This document shows positions 1-10,115 of a stretch of DNA of 46,964 nt, piece by piece. The notes under the pieces were generated by a model. That model had not been told where the DNA came from. It saw nothing but the letters and a program-made list of their open reading frames with translations, and ran no database searches. The position numbers and the translations under genes were made by a program. Position 1 is the first letter of the stretch, and every line of letters begins with the position of its first letter. This stretch comes from Butyrivibrio sp. GTDB taxonomy: Bacteria > Bacillota > Clostridia > Lachnospirales > Lachnospiraceae. The DNA lies in the NCBI GenBank assembly GCA_041583675.1, contig JBFHFI010000001.1, positions 1-46,964 on the forward strand. Reading direction: 5' to 3'.

Positions 1-668
1 AGAAGCATAAATTCATCTCCACCATAACGTGCTACCCAATCATTCTCTCCATTAAAAGCTTCTTTATATTTATGTGCCAGTTTTTCTAAAAGACAATCCC
101 CAACCAAATGACCATAACTGTCATTGATTCTTTTAAATCCATCAATATCTGTTATCATTAATGCAATATACTTATTTTCCTGCCTACTTTTTTCAATTGT
201 TTTCGGTAAATAATCATCTATATACCTTCGATTATGCACCTGTGTCAAAGCATCTATATATAATTTATCATCCATCTCTTGTATATATGTAGATAGCCCT
301 TTTGCGTGGCCCTCTTCTTTGGAAAAAAGCAGTTCTTGATCCGACATTTTTCTAATCATTTCCAAGATATAAGTTTTTTTCTTCCACCGAATCGGATATG
401 CTTGTATTATAAAGGTGATATTACCTTTTATTTCTATTTTCATTGTTGGCTTTCCAGTATTCGTAACATATTGAACAATACAATTATTACATTCTCTTCC
501 TCGTTCCCAAAAATCATAACAAGTTGAAGATATTAGTTCTTCTGTTCCAGAAGAGTTTTCAGATATTGTATATGCTTTATGATCTTTTATATTAACCAAA
601 CGTAGTATTTCATACATCTCAGGAAATATTGAAAACCTTTCTTGTACCTCCAATAATAACTCTTTCAT
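1..668 (-). CDS. Diguanylate cyclase (GGDEF domain) with N-terminal Cys-motif sensory region; 3' end runs off the window
   Basis: Not in the ORF track. Manual translation from ATG at 668 (SD AAGGGGGG): MKELLLEVQERF...CYDFWERGRECNNC...DALTQVHNRR...DIDGFKRINDSYGHLVGD...ARYGGDEFMLL. Confidence 0.9.
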   Translation of the reverse strand, partial: MKELLLEVQERFSIFPEMYEILRLVNIKDHKAYTISENSSGTEELISSTCYDFWERGRECNNCIVQYVTNTGKPTMKIEIKGNITFIIQAYPIRWKKKTYILEMIRKMSDQELLFSKEEGHAKGLSTYIQEMDDKLYIDALTQVHNRRYIDDYLPKTIEKSRQENKYIALMITDIDGFKRINDSYGHLVGDCLLEKLAHKYKEAFNGENDWVARYGGDEFML

Positions 669-774
669 ATTCCCCCCTTGTACCCCAAAGTGCCTAAATT
701 ACAATTCCGTCCATCACTCAATATCATTTTCTTATAAATTGTATATTTACTATATACTCGCTTTCTATTATAGC

Positions 775-814
775 AAAAAAGCACAAAAACTGCGACAAGA
801 AGTTTTTATGCTTT
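775..814 (-). terminator. Intrinsic terminator after the M20 gene
   Basis: Minus strand AAAGCATAAAAACT / AGTTTTTGTGCTTT stem followed by a T-run, just after the stop at 821. Confidence 0.65.
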
Positions 815-820
815 CTATAT

Positions 821-2263
821 TTAACTTATTATATCTGTGAAAAAAGAAATACATTTATTAATATTTACAATACTAATTTTTTCATTAGTTCCATGAATAC
901 TATCTAAATCTTCATTACTTACCTGATAAGGACTAAATCGATAAATATTATGACTAACAACTTCATATTTACGAGCATCTGTACTAGCCATGACTAAATA
1001 AGGAGCAACAATTGCTTGTTCAAAATATTTATGTACATATTCTGCAATCTTTCCATAAGCTTCACAATCTGTAGGTGATACTTGTGAAGGATCATCTAAT
1101 ACAATTGGTTTTATTTCTACTGGTAATTTTTTCACAACTTTTTGTAAATGATCCATCAGGTCTTGCCCTGTCTCCCCTGGTAAAATCCTACAATTAATCA
1201 TAGCAGTCGATGTTTGCGGCATTGCATTTGGCGCTTGACTTCCTTTCGCCATAGTAACTGCAACTGTTGTTCTAAGTAATGCACTACCACTATTGGACTT
1301 GCTAAACACTTTTATAAAAAGCGGTTGGAATAACCATAAATTTGCAAGTATGATTTTGTTAATCCCTTTCATATATGGTCCAATGCTCATTAAAAATTCC
1401 CTTGTTCCCATAATCAATCTTGGCTTAAATGGATGCGCTTCTATCCGACATAATGCCTTTGCCAAAATCCCTAAAGATGAATGTGGCGATGGCATCGAAG
1501 CATGCCCTCCATTTTGATTCACAGAAAGCTCTATATTTGCAAAACCCTTTTCCCCAATTCCAATCAAAGCAATTGGTTTATGAATTCCATCAATTACATC
1601 TTCTACAACACATCCACCTTCATCTAATACAAACTCAAATTCTAGTTTTTGTTGTTTAAAATACTCTGCAATAAAAAGTGCTCCTTGTTCTCCATTTCTT
1701 TCTTCGTCATGTCCAAAAGCATAATACGTATCTCTATCTGGTATCTTTCCTTCTGTCAATAGATTTTCCATTGCCTGTAAAGGTCCAATTACATGCACTT
1801 TCGTATCCAAGGTTCCTCTTCCCCATACGTAGCCTTCTTCTATTGCTCCACTATAGGGTGGATATTTCCAATCCTGTTCTGTTCCTTCTTCCACAGGAAC
1901 AACATCCATATGCGCTGTAATTAAAATTGGCAGCTTTTTCTGAGATTCCCGTCCCTTAAAATAGTATACAAGACTATATTCATTGATAATTGTTAATTCT
2001 CCATATTCATGCACCTTAGGAAATAATTCTTTTAGTTTCTCACGAAATTCAACAAAGCGATTCCAATCCATCTCATTAGGATCCATTAAAGTTATCGCCG
2101 GGATTTGAATTACTTGAGATAGTTTAGATGCACCCATTAAATCCAAAGACTCCTCTTTTTTTAAAGTCTCTGGCTGAATCTCCGGTCTAAATCTAATTGT
2201 TTTTATTGAAATAATTGTTATTAACACAATCACTACTATTATTCCACTTATTATATATTCCAT
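821..2263 (-). CDS. M20 family metallo-hydrolase (PM20D1/carboxypeptidase S-like) with N-terminal membrane anchor
   Basis: Motifs AHMDVVP, GRGTLDTK, GHDEE, LDEGG, GGHASMP, IHGTNE; hydrophobic N-terminus. Confidence 0.88.
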   Translation of the reverse strand: MEYIISGIIVVIVLITIISIKTIRFRPEIQPETLKKEESLDLMGASKLSQVIQIPAITLMDPNEMDWNRFVEFREKLKELFPKVHEYGELTIINEYSLVYYFKGRESQKKLPILITAHMDVVPVEEGTEQDWKYPPYSGAIEEGYVWGRGTLDTKVHVIGPLQAMENLLTEGKIPDRDTYYAFGHDEERNGEQGALFIAEYFKQQKLEFEFVLDEGGCVVEDVIDGIHKPIALIGIGEKGFANIELSVNQNGGHASMPSPHSSLGILAKALCRIEAHPFKPRLIMGTREFLMSIGPYMKGINKIILANLWLFQPLFIKVFSKSNSGSALLRTTVAVTMAKGSQAPNAMPQTSTAMINCRILPGETGQDLMDHLQKVVKKLPVEIKPIVLDDPSQVSPTDCEAYGKIAEYVHKYFEQAIVAPYLVMASTDARKYEVVSHNIYRFSPYQVSNEDLDSIHGTNEKISIVNINKCISFFTDIIS

Positions 2264-2287
2264 ATAGCACCAACTTTCTATCTCTTA

Positions 2288-3787
2288 TTAAAAAGGTCCA
2301 TACTGTATTGCAACACCTATTAACAAGAATACACTGGCAATGGCCAATGATAAAATCTGTAATTTAATGGTCCATTTAAACCACTTGGTATAAGTAACCA
2401 CCGTCAATCCCAGGCAAATTAATAGTACAGGATTAGTAGGATAAATAATATTAGAAAATCCATCTCCAAAGCAAAAAGCCAACACTGATGTCTGTCTAGT
2501 TACTCCAACCAGATCAGATAACGGTGCAATAATCGGCATTACCAAAAATGCTTTTGCTGAAGAAGATCCAACAAATAATTCTAATAAAAGTACCAATACA
2601 AGAATTAAAATAACCGCAATATAAGGTGAAGTATGTTTAATAGAATTAGAAGTGTAATATAATATTGTATCTATAATATTTCCTTTTTCTATAATCAGCT
2701 TTACACTCATTGCCATTAATATAAGAACAACACCTGGTGCAATTCCTATAATACTATCTCTAATAATTTTCAGTCTATTTTTACGATTAATTCCAACTAT
2801 TATAGAAGCAACAATACCACCCAACAAAAAGAATAGGCCAATAATTGGTAATATTAAATCTGTCAAAGCTGGTATAAAATTTGTAAAGATTACAAATATT
2901 ATAATTCCACCAATAAATCCTAAAAATACACCGGTTGCTTTTTTTATTTTATTATAATCTTCTGGTGATTTTTCAGTTAATATATGTTCAAGACTTGTCA
3001 CATCTCTATACTTCATACGTAAATGTTCATCATCTTTGTATACAAGCGATTTTTCTGGATTCTTTTCTATTTTACGTGCATATAAAAACAAAAACGTATA
3101 TATCACAAGAAAATATACTGCAAATATAATAATACGATACCAACTTCCCGAATAAAGCGGTAAATCTGATATTTCTTGTGTAATCGCAATTGAAAAAGGA
3201 TTGGTAATGGCTGCCGTAAATCCAAAACAAGAAGCCAACATACTCATACCTAATCCAACTAAAGAATCCCATCCCAGACAATAAGCCAAAGAAATAATAA
3301 TAGGTACCAATGCAATGTTTTCTTCAAATGTACCAATTACTGCACCCAAAATCATAAATAAAAATACAACCACAGCAAGAAGTAAATATTTCACTCCTCC
3401 AAATTTACGAACAACTTTTGAAACAACCAATGACATAATATCACTTTTTTCCAACAAAGAAAAAGCAGTACTAACAGCCAAAAGGAAAAATATAATTACC
3501 ATTACCAGTGCGCCATCATCACTAAATAACACTTCAATTGGTGCTGTTATCCAGTGCCATATTGGTAACCTCGCTTGACTCGTAAATTCAAAAGTTCCAT
3601 CTATTATTCTTTTAACGCCCTCATCCATAATGTATTGATAACTACCCGTTGGTATTACACGTGTAAGAATTCCCGCTGTCACAATTAATGATGCAAGAAT
3701 AACCAATGCAGTTATAAATGTATTCTTTCCTATTTTGATAGAAGCTTCCTCATATCTATTCTCTGGCATCTCATCCTCCAATATCAT
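2288..3787 (-). CDS. YfcC-family (IT superfamily) membrane transporter
   Basis: Many TM helices; motifs IPTGSY, TFEE, ITNPFSIAITQEIS, GDGFSNIIYPTN. Alternative start at 3769 has a GGAGG SD. Confidence 0.8.
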   Translation of the reverse strand: MILEDEMPENRYEEASIKIGKNTFITALVILASLIVTAGILTRVIPTGSYQYIMDEGVKRIIDGTFEFTSQARLPIWHWITAPIEVLFSDDGALVMVIIFFLLAVSTAFSLLEKSDIMSLVVSKVVRKFGGVKYLLLAVVVFLFMILGAVIGTFEENIALVPIIISLAYCLGWDSLVGLGMSMLASCFGFTAAITNPFSIAITQEISDLPLYSGSWYRIIIFAVYFLVIYTFLFLYARKIEKNPEKSLVYKDDEHLRMKYRDVTSLEHILTEKSPEDYNKIKKATGVFLGFIGGIIIFVIFTNFIPALTDLILPIIGLFFLLGGIVASIIVGINRKNRLKIIRDSIIGIAPGVVLILMAMSVKLIIEKGNIIDTILYYTSNSIKHTSPYIAVILILVLVLLLELFVGSSSAKAFLVMPIIAPLSDLVGVTRQTSVLAFCFGDGFSNIIYPTNPVLLICLGLTVVTYTKWFKWTIKLQILSLAIASVFLLIGVAIQYGPF

Positions 3788-3925
3788 TCTTTCTCTTTTT
3801 ATACTTTCTTGATTATAAAGAATAGAAAAAGCAAAGTCAAACGGAATACTGTATATATGAGAAAATACTGATATATATTACTAACACCATAATAAATACA
3901 AATAAAATAAAGTAAAAAGAATTTT

Positions 3926-4810
3926 TTACAAATTTATTCCCAAAATATTTTTTGCCAAAAGTCCAATTACAAATGAAATCAATGCCACTCCCAAACTAAT
4001 CATAGCCATCTCACCAAACCGTTTGAAAAATGGAGTTCCCTGTGCCACTGAAATATAATAATTAAATACTAAAATAATCAAAATCACTACCGAAATCATA
4101 ATAGCAAATGCCACAACATACATGCTATTAGGCAATAACAGATATGGTAACACCATTAATACTACAGTAACCAAATACGCAATTCCTGTATATGCACTGG
4201 ATTTTAAAGCGGTTTCATTCCCATCTGCACGCTCAGCCAGGTAATTAGAAGCTGCCATAGATAAAGTTGCTGATATTCCCGTAATAATTCCCGATAATGC
4301 AACCAACCTTGTATTTTCCAGTGCAAAAGTAAGTCCAGCAATTGTTCCTGTTAATTCTACCAAGGCATCATTTAATCCAAGAACCATGGACCCAACATAA
4401 TGAAGTCGTTCCTCATCAATCATATTCATTAGTTCATCTTCATGTAATTCTTCTTCATCTATAATATCCTGCACTTCTGGAAATTCTTCCTTGATTGAAT
4501 TTAATTGTTGAATCCCTAAATCTTCATTTTTTTCAAAAAATTTAATTGTAAAAGTATCTCCAAGTAGGACTCTAATAAATCGAAACAAAATTAATTTTCC
4601 TCGTTTAGGTTGCATATCAACACCTGTATATTGCTTCCAGATATCATAATGCTTTTTTTCATCTTTTGAAATATTTAAGAATACTTGCTTATTCTTCTCA
4701 TCCTTTTGATGTTTTGCAATATCTTGATACAAAAGACTTCCCGTTAATTCATTTCTTTGATATTCCATCAATATTTTTCTTGTTTTTTCTGATATTACCA
4801 TATCAATCAC
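3926..4810 (-). CDS. Ferritin/rubrerythrin-like domain fused to VIT1/CCC1 transporter (MbfA-like metal exporter)
   Basis: N-terminal ExxH motifs (DEKKH, EELH); VIT1 signature VLGLNDALVE...SMAASNYL plus TM helices. Confidence 0.85.
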   Translation of the reverse strand: MIDMVISEKTRKILMEYQRNELTGSLLYQDIAKHQKDEKNKQVFLNISKDEKKHYDIWKQYTGVDMQPKRGKLILFRFIRVLLGDTFTIKFFEKNEDLGIQQLNSIKEEFPEVQDIIDEEELHEDELMNMIDEERLHYVGSMVLGLNDALVELTGTIAGLTFALENTRLVALSGIITGISATLSMAASNYLAERADGNETALKSSAYTGIAYLVTVVLMVLPYLLLPNSMYVVAFAIMISVVILIILVFNYYISVAQGTPFFKRFGEMAMISLGVALISFVIGLLAKNILGINL

Positions 4811-4820
4811 ACTTTCTTGT

Positions 4821-5456
4821 TTATTCTATCTTTAAAATAAGGTCCATATTTCCACTACTTAAAACTTCCAAATTCGCGAAAATCTTTTCCGGTGCCCAGT
4901 TCCACCACTGTATATGTTCTAAATGTTCGATTAATTGATCATCAAATCTCTTGGTAATAATTTTACAAGGATTCCCTCCCGCAATATGGTAAGCGGGAAT
5001 ATCTTCTGTGACCACGGAAAAATCTTCTATGATAGCTCCATTTCCAATATGTACGCCTGGCATAATTGTAACATGTTCACCAATCCACACATCATTTTCT
5101 ACGACTGTATCCCCTTTAAACCCAAGTTCTTCCAACGTTGGAACCGCTGCTTGCCAGCCATGCCCCATTAAATTAAAAGGATAGACTGTTGCACTTGTTA
5201 ACTTATGGTTAATTCCATTCATTACAAACGTAATACCTGTATGAATACTACAAAATTTTCCTATTCTTAGCACATCTCCAAACATATTATAATGATGAGT
5301 AACATGTTTTTCAAAATTCTTTGGTCCCGCTAAATCGTCATAAAATGTATAATCTCCCACAATAATATTAGATCTTTTTATAATATTTTTAATAAAACAT
5401 ATGTTTTTAAATCTTTCACTTGGAAAAACCGCATTAGGATTAGGTCCATACTCCAT
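4821..5456 (-). CDS. Vat/CatB-related xenobiotic O-acetyltransferase (hexapeptide repeat)
   Basis: GPNPN, NIIVGDYTFYDD, IGKFCSI, NDVWIG, IMPGVHIG, IQWWNW. Start moved to ATG 5456 (SD AAAGGAG). Confidence 0.85.
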   Translation of the reverse strand: MEYGPNPNAVFPSERFKNICFIKNIIKRSNIIVGDYTFYDDLAGPKNFEKHVTHHYNMFGDVLRIGKFCSIHTGITFVMNGINHKLTSATVYPFNLMGHGWQAAVPTLEELGFKGDTVVENDVWIGEHVTIMPGVHIGNGAIIEDFSVVTEDIPAYHIAGGNPCKIITKRFDDQLIEHLEHIQWWNWAPEKIFANLEVLSSGNMDLILKIE

Positions 5457-5646
5457 ATAATTTTCTCCTTTATCTACATTTAAATTATTTCTCTTTCTTT
5501 TAAAAATACCACTTCTTCCATATATGTGCAATCCAAAACCTTTACCAGTTTCTTTATAAAACACATGTAAAACACTTTCCCTTCACATATCTTTCAGTCT
5601 GGTCAATTATACTTATTTCAAAATATGTAGAAAGCGAGACAAATAA

Positions 5647-7389
5647 ATGAAAAAAATAATTCCCTTTTTATTAACATTATGCGTGATTGTCACCTTGACC
5701 GCCTGCAACCAAGACTCCCAAGATGCAACAGATACAACCTCGGACGATTCCATTTTAAATATACTTTCAGATTCCGATGGATATTATTCTGATACCTTTG
5801 GAACTGGAGGAATTACGGAAGTCAACATAGATATCTCTGAGGAAGATTGGGAAAACTTATGTGCCAATGCAATTGACGAAGAATACTATTCCGCCGATAT
5901 TACTGTTAATGGAACCACCGTTACTAATGTAGGCTTTAGAGCAAAAGGTGCAAGTTCTCTTTTGGCCGTTTCCAATAGTGACAGCGATCGCTATGGATTT
6001 AAAATTAATTTTGACGAATATATAGATGATCAAACACTGAATGGTCTAGATATGTTGGTACTTAATGGAAGTTATGCTGACCCTTCCTATATGAGAGAAT
6101 ATCTTGCCTATGCAGCAAATGCATATTTAGGAGCAATTACACCCTATGTTTCGTACACCAGATTATCTATTAATGGAGAATATTTTGGATTATATCTTTC
6201 AATAGAATCTTACAAAGATAGCTTTGTTGAAAGAGTTACAGACGGTGATGATGATGCTGTTTTATATGAAGCAGAAAGTGAGTCCTGTACCTTATTAACA
6301 AACGATGATGGTTCAGGATTTGAACCTGAAGTTGGTGATGACGATGGTAATACTAATATTTTAAATCTAATTGAAATATTAAATTCTACAACAGCTGATA
6401 ATACAGACGAATTAGAAAGCATCCTAGATGTTGATAGTGTATTAAAAGCAATGGCAATTAATCTTGTTACAGGAAATTATGATAGCTATAGTGGTTCCAA
6501 AGCACATAATTACTATTTATTATATTCAAATGGAAAATTTCAATATATTGGGTGGGACTATAATATGGCTTTTGGAGGATTTGTAGAAGATAGCGGATCC
6601 AGTATTACAGTAGATATTGATTCTCCATTCTACTCTACAGATAGCTCTTCTAGGCCTTTAATGGAAAAGCTTCTCGAAATTGATGAATACAAAGATATCT
6701 ATCTTGCCTATGTATATGATCTTTGTGATTATTTTGGAGACTTTGATGAGAAAATAAGCACACTTGCAACTTTGATACAAGATGATGTAGAATCAGATCC
6801 TACTGCATTTTATACCTTCGCAGAATTCCAAAATAATCTATTGGCAAGCGAAATTGATTATACACAATCCACTGCAAAAAGTACTCCTTCAATTAATAAT
6901 TCAGATTCCACAGGATTACCTGCTGATACTTCCAATCAAATGACTCCTCCAGGAAGAGATAGTGGTGAAGCTCCTGATTTAACCGAAGGAGAAATTCCTT
7001 CCCTTGCCGAAGATGAAACTCCTGACTTACCAGAAGGCGACGTTCCTGCCCTAGCTGAAGGTGAGGCACCTTCTTTTGCCGAAGGCGAAGCTCCTGACTT
7101 ACCAGAAGGCGACGTTCCTGCCCTAGCTGAAGGTGAGGCACCTGCTTTTGCTGAAGGTGAGACACCTTCTTTTGCCGAAGGCGAAGCTCCTGACTTACCA
7201 GAAGGCGACGTTCCTGCCCTAGCTGAAGGTGAGGCACCTGCTTTTGCTGAAGGTGGCGTAGGCTCAGGCAATATAAATGCTAATCAACAATTTCCAGGAG
7301 GTGCTATGGCAGGTAATTCTGTTACCATAGATACCATTTCCATTTTTGATTATATCCAACAAAGACTTGAAACAATTTTAAATTCATAA
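5647..7389 (+). CDS. CotH kinase family lipoprotein with acidic Pro-rich C-terminal repeats
   Basis: Lipobox LTAC; VGFRAKGASS, DPSYMREYL, NGEYFGLY, NYDSY..HNYYL, IGWDYNMAFG. Confidence 0.85.
   Translation: MKKIIPFLLTLCVIVTLTACNQDSQDATDTTSDDSILNILSDSDGYYSDTFGTGGITEVNIDISEEDWENLCANAIDEEYYSADITVNGTTVTNVGFRAKGASSLLAVSNSDSDRYGFKINFDEYIDDQTLNGLDMLVLNGSYADPSYMREYLAYAANAYLGAITPYVSYTRLSINGEYFGLYLSIESYKDSFVERVTDGDDDAVLYEAESESCTLLTNDDGSGFEPEVGDDDGNTNILNLIEILNSTTADNTDELESILDVDSVLKAMAINLVTGNYDSYSGSKAHNYYLLYSNGKFQYIGWDYNMAFGGFVEDSGSSITVDIDSPFYSTDSSSRPLMEKLLEIDEYKDIYLAYVYDLCDYFGDFDEKISTLATLIQDDVESDPTAFYTFAEFQNNLLASEIDYTQSTAKSTPSINNSDSTGLPADTSNQMTPPGRDSGEAPDLTEGEIPSLAEDETPDLPEGDVPALAEGEAPSFAEGEAPDLPEGDVPALAEGEAPAFAEGETPSFAEGEAPDLPEGDVPALAEGEAPAFAEGGVGSGNINANQQFPGGAMAGNSVTIDTISIFDYIQQRLETILNS
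6964..7254 (+). repeat. Intragenic 24-bp-module tandem repeat (about 12 octapeptides such as EGEAPDLP / EGDVPALA / EGEAPSFA)
   Basis: Block CCTGACTTACCAGAAGGCGACGTTCCTGCCCTAGCTGAAGGTGAGGCACCT recurs at 7021, 7093 and 7189. Confidence 0.95.
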
Positions 7390-7392
7390 TCC

Positions 7393-7438
7393 AAAAGACA
7401 TCCCTTAAATAGACCATCTAATTAAGGGATGTCTTTTT
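7393..7438 (+). terminator. Intrinsic terminator after the CotH gene
   Basis: AAAAGACATCCCTTAA / TTAAGGGATGTCTTTT inverted repeat with T-tail. Confidence 0.85.
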
Positions 7439-7517
7439 ATATAACTATATCTACATAAACCCACAGTATAAGTAGATTCTGATTCCTCTACAAAAGACAA
7501 TCATTACATACTAAAAA

Positions 7518-7608
7518 ATTAAAAGCACTTGTTATGAAACAACCTCCAATTCGTCAAATTTTTAAATCTAACTTTTTGAGGTCGGTTCATCACACAAGTG
7601 CTTTTAAT
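7518..7608 (-). terminator. Long imperfect hairpin / terminator after chemoreceptor 1
   Basis: 15-bp perfect arms ATTAAAAGCACTTGT (7518-7532) / ACAAGTGCTTTTAAT (7594-7608), inner imperfect stem, T-run on minus strand. Confidence 0.65.
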
Positions 7609-7618
7609 ATCAATTTTA

Positions 7619-9745
7619 CTATAATCTAAATGTACTAACTGACTCTAATAAATTTTCTGCCATTTCAGACAATTCTGTAGCCGCATTAGAAATCTCTTCC
7701 GCTACACTCGTCTGCTCTTCTGTTGATGCTGCAATTTCTTCAATCTCTACTGCAGATTCTTCCAAAAGTCCTGACATTCTATCAACAGCTGCTGTTACGG
7801 AATTTCCTGATTCTTTTACATTAGCTACAAAAGAAACCACTTCTTTCATGCCATCCAATAATCCTGATATTTTTTCATCAATTTGCATAAATGCAACTTT
7901 TGATTCTGCAACCGTTTCAATTCCATTTTTTACATATCCTGTTTCTTCGTCCATCATCTTATGTACTATTTTAATGCTCTCCGTAATACGTACAATTAAT
8001 TCTGAAATTCCTTGTGCAGATTTTTGTGATTGATTTGCAAGCTTTCCAATTTCATCAGCTACCACCGCAAAACCTCTTCCACTTTCTCCTGCTCTTGCTG
8101 CTTCAATAGCTGCATTCAAAGAAAGCAAATTTGTTTTTTCAGCAATATCTGTAATTATTCCATTAATCTGCTCGATTTCTGAAGATTGGTGAATCAGCTC
8201 TTCCATAACTGCATCTATTTTCTGTGTTTGTGTTTGAATCTTTTCCATTCCAGAAATTGTAGATATAATTTTTTCATCCCCTATTTTAGCTTTTCCACTT
8301 ACTATTTCAGCTTCCGATTCCATCTGGTCTATTTTGGATGTTGCATTAATTAACATTTCATTCATTTCATGAGTCATTGTATTAATAGTTTCTACATACT
8401 CTGTTTGATTCTGAGCACTAGCACTCATCTCTTCCATTCTATCTGAAACCGTTTCAGAAGAAGCCATTGTCTCTGCTGAAGCACTGGATAATTCTTGACT
8501 TGAACTTGAAAGTTGCTCTGAAATACCAGCAATTTCTTTAATAAGGTCTCTAATTGTAGCAACCATTAAACCTAAACCTTTGGTCATCTGGCTTAATTCA
8601 TCCCCACCGCTAGTATTCTCCTTGCTCATAGAAGTATTTGATTCTTGAATATTTTTTTGTTTGAATATTTTTTTCGGTTTATCTTCTACAATCTCAACCG
8701 TTAAATCTCCACCTGTAACAATACTCATAAACTTTTTAACTTTTTTAATTCTATTTACCATCAAGTATGAATTCAAAGCCGTAATTAATCCTGCAATAAT
8801 CATCATTGCAACTCCAATTAAAATGGCTTGTAACAACATTGTATTTACTGATGCCAAATATTCTGACTTTACTGCACTAATACAAAGAATCCAATTTCCT
8901 ACCGTTTGATGTAATGTGATTTTATCCACTCCTTGAAGTGTATAATCAACTCTTCCTGAACCCCCATTGTCAGGGTCTAATAATTCATCTGATAATTCAG
9001 TAACACCTAATTCTGTAATATTAGTTCCAACTAAGGACTCATCTCTATCATATATATAATTTCCATTTGCATCTAGTAAATAAGCATATCCACTCTCGTT
9101 AATCTGAATTGTCTCTAATATTTCTGTAATATATTCAATATTCATTACACTTGCAAGTACAGCAATAATCTCTCCATTGCTTACAACTGGCACACTTGTC
9201 ACTTCTACCTGATGTCCTGTTGATTTTGAAATCAATACATCACTGTGGCAAGTTGTTCCAGCTATACTTTGTTGAAAATAACCTCGATCTGATAAATCTT
9301 GATCTACTAAACTACTTCCTTTAGAATCATAGACAACAATACCATCTGCATCAATTAATAATACGTTCTCCATATACGGAGAATAATTTGCTAACATAGA
9401 ATTTGCTAATACGTCAAAAGTATCAACAACAAATCCTTTCAACATACTTTTTACATAAGTTGTACCACTTAATCTAATCAACTCATCTGATTGCCCATCA
9501 CGAAAAGTTGTAATCTCTGAATCCACTGCATCTAACTGTAATTGAATCTGTGTCTCTATTTCTGTAGTAATCTGACGAGAACTCAAAGTGTATAATACTG
9601 ATATAATTGTAATTAATGCTACCATAACAATACATAAATTTGTAAATAAATTTTTAAATAACAGACTGTTTTTTAATTTTTTAAAATTTAAAGCTTTTAA
9701 ATTCATTTTTTTGAAACTAAAATTTTTGAAGTTTAATTTTTTCAA
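7619..9745 (-). CDS. Methyl-accepting chemotaxis protein (TM-dCache-TM-HAMP-MA), paralog 1
   Basis: Two TMs flank a Cache-like region ([17 protein letters not shown]); HAMP with GDLT and DELSQM; tip motif [29 protein letters not shown]; TTG start. Confidence 0.93.
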   Translation of the reverse strand: MKKLNFKNFSFKKMNLKALNFKKLKNSLLFKNLFTNLCIVMVALITIISVLYTLSSRQITTEIETQIQLQLDAVDSEITTFRDGQSDELIRLSGTTYVKSMLKGFVVDTFDVLANSMLANYSPYMENVLLIDADGIVVYDSKGSSLVDQDLSDRGYFQQSIAGTTCHSDVLISKSTGHQVEVTSVPVVSNGEIIAVLASVMNIEYITEILETIQINESGYAYLLDANGNYIYDRDESLVGTNITELGVTELSDELLDPDNGGSGRVDYTLQGVDKITLHQTVGNWILCISAVKSEYLASVNTMLLQAILIGVAMMIIAGLITALNSYLMVNRIKKVKKFMSIVTGGDLTVEIVEDKPKKIFKQKNIQESNTSMSKENTSGGDELSQMTKGLGLMVATIRDLIKEIAGISEQLSSSSQELSSASAETMASSETVSDRMEEMSASAQNQTEYVETINTMTHEMNEMLINATSKIDQMESEAEIVSGKAKIGDEKIISTISGMEKIQTQTQKIDAVMEELIHQSSEIEQINGIITDIAEKTNLLSLNAAIEAARAGESGRGFAVVADEIGKLANQSQKSAQGISELIVRITESIKIVHKMMDEETGYVKNGIETVAESKVAFMQIDEKISGLLDGMKEVVSFVANVKESGNSVTAAVDRMSGLLEESAVEIEEIAASTEEQTSVAEEISNAATELSEMAENLLESVSTFRL

Positions 9746-10086
9746 TTTGTCCTCTTTTCTGTTTCACTCGGCTTGTAATTTTACCAAACTACTGTGTCCT
9801 GTGCCTTATGTAGTGAATAGACTCCACTCTTAACCTACTGTATTCTAACTATGTAAACTATTGAAATGGCATTTATTATATAATTCCATTGATTAGTTCT
9901 ATATATGTAACCAAAATTTTTCTTGAAACTTTGTTGTCTAATAAATTGGTTCCCAACACCTCCTACAAAAATATAATAATGATTTCTTTCTGTTTCAAAG
10001 CACTAAAAATTCATTGCATTTGGCTATCTAACCGGATGTCCTCCTCACATATTTATTGTTAATTTAGTTACACATTTTATATATAA

Positions 10087-10115
10087 ATTATATCTATTTT
10101 ACACAGGAGTTGCAA
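10087..10115 (-). promoter_or_regulatory. Sigma-A promoter facing chemoreceptor 1
   Basis: Minus strand TTGCAA-N17-TATAAT. Confidence 0.6.

Noticed and set aside
6893-7271. Antisense repeat-rich ORFs (114 and 111 aa)
   Set aside because: Shadow frames of the GC-richer CotH repeat region.
9879-9956. Small ORF (LGTNLLDNKVSRK...) after AGGAGGTG
   Set aside because: The TTG/GTG start lies only 0-2 nt from the SD and there is no other support.
9746-10080. c-di-GMP riboswitch upstream of the chemoreceptor
   Set aside because: I could not find class I (GEMM) or class II consensus elements by eye.
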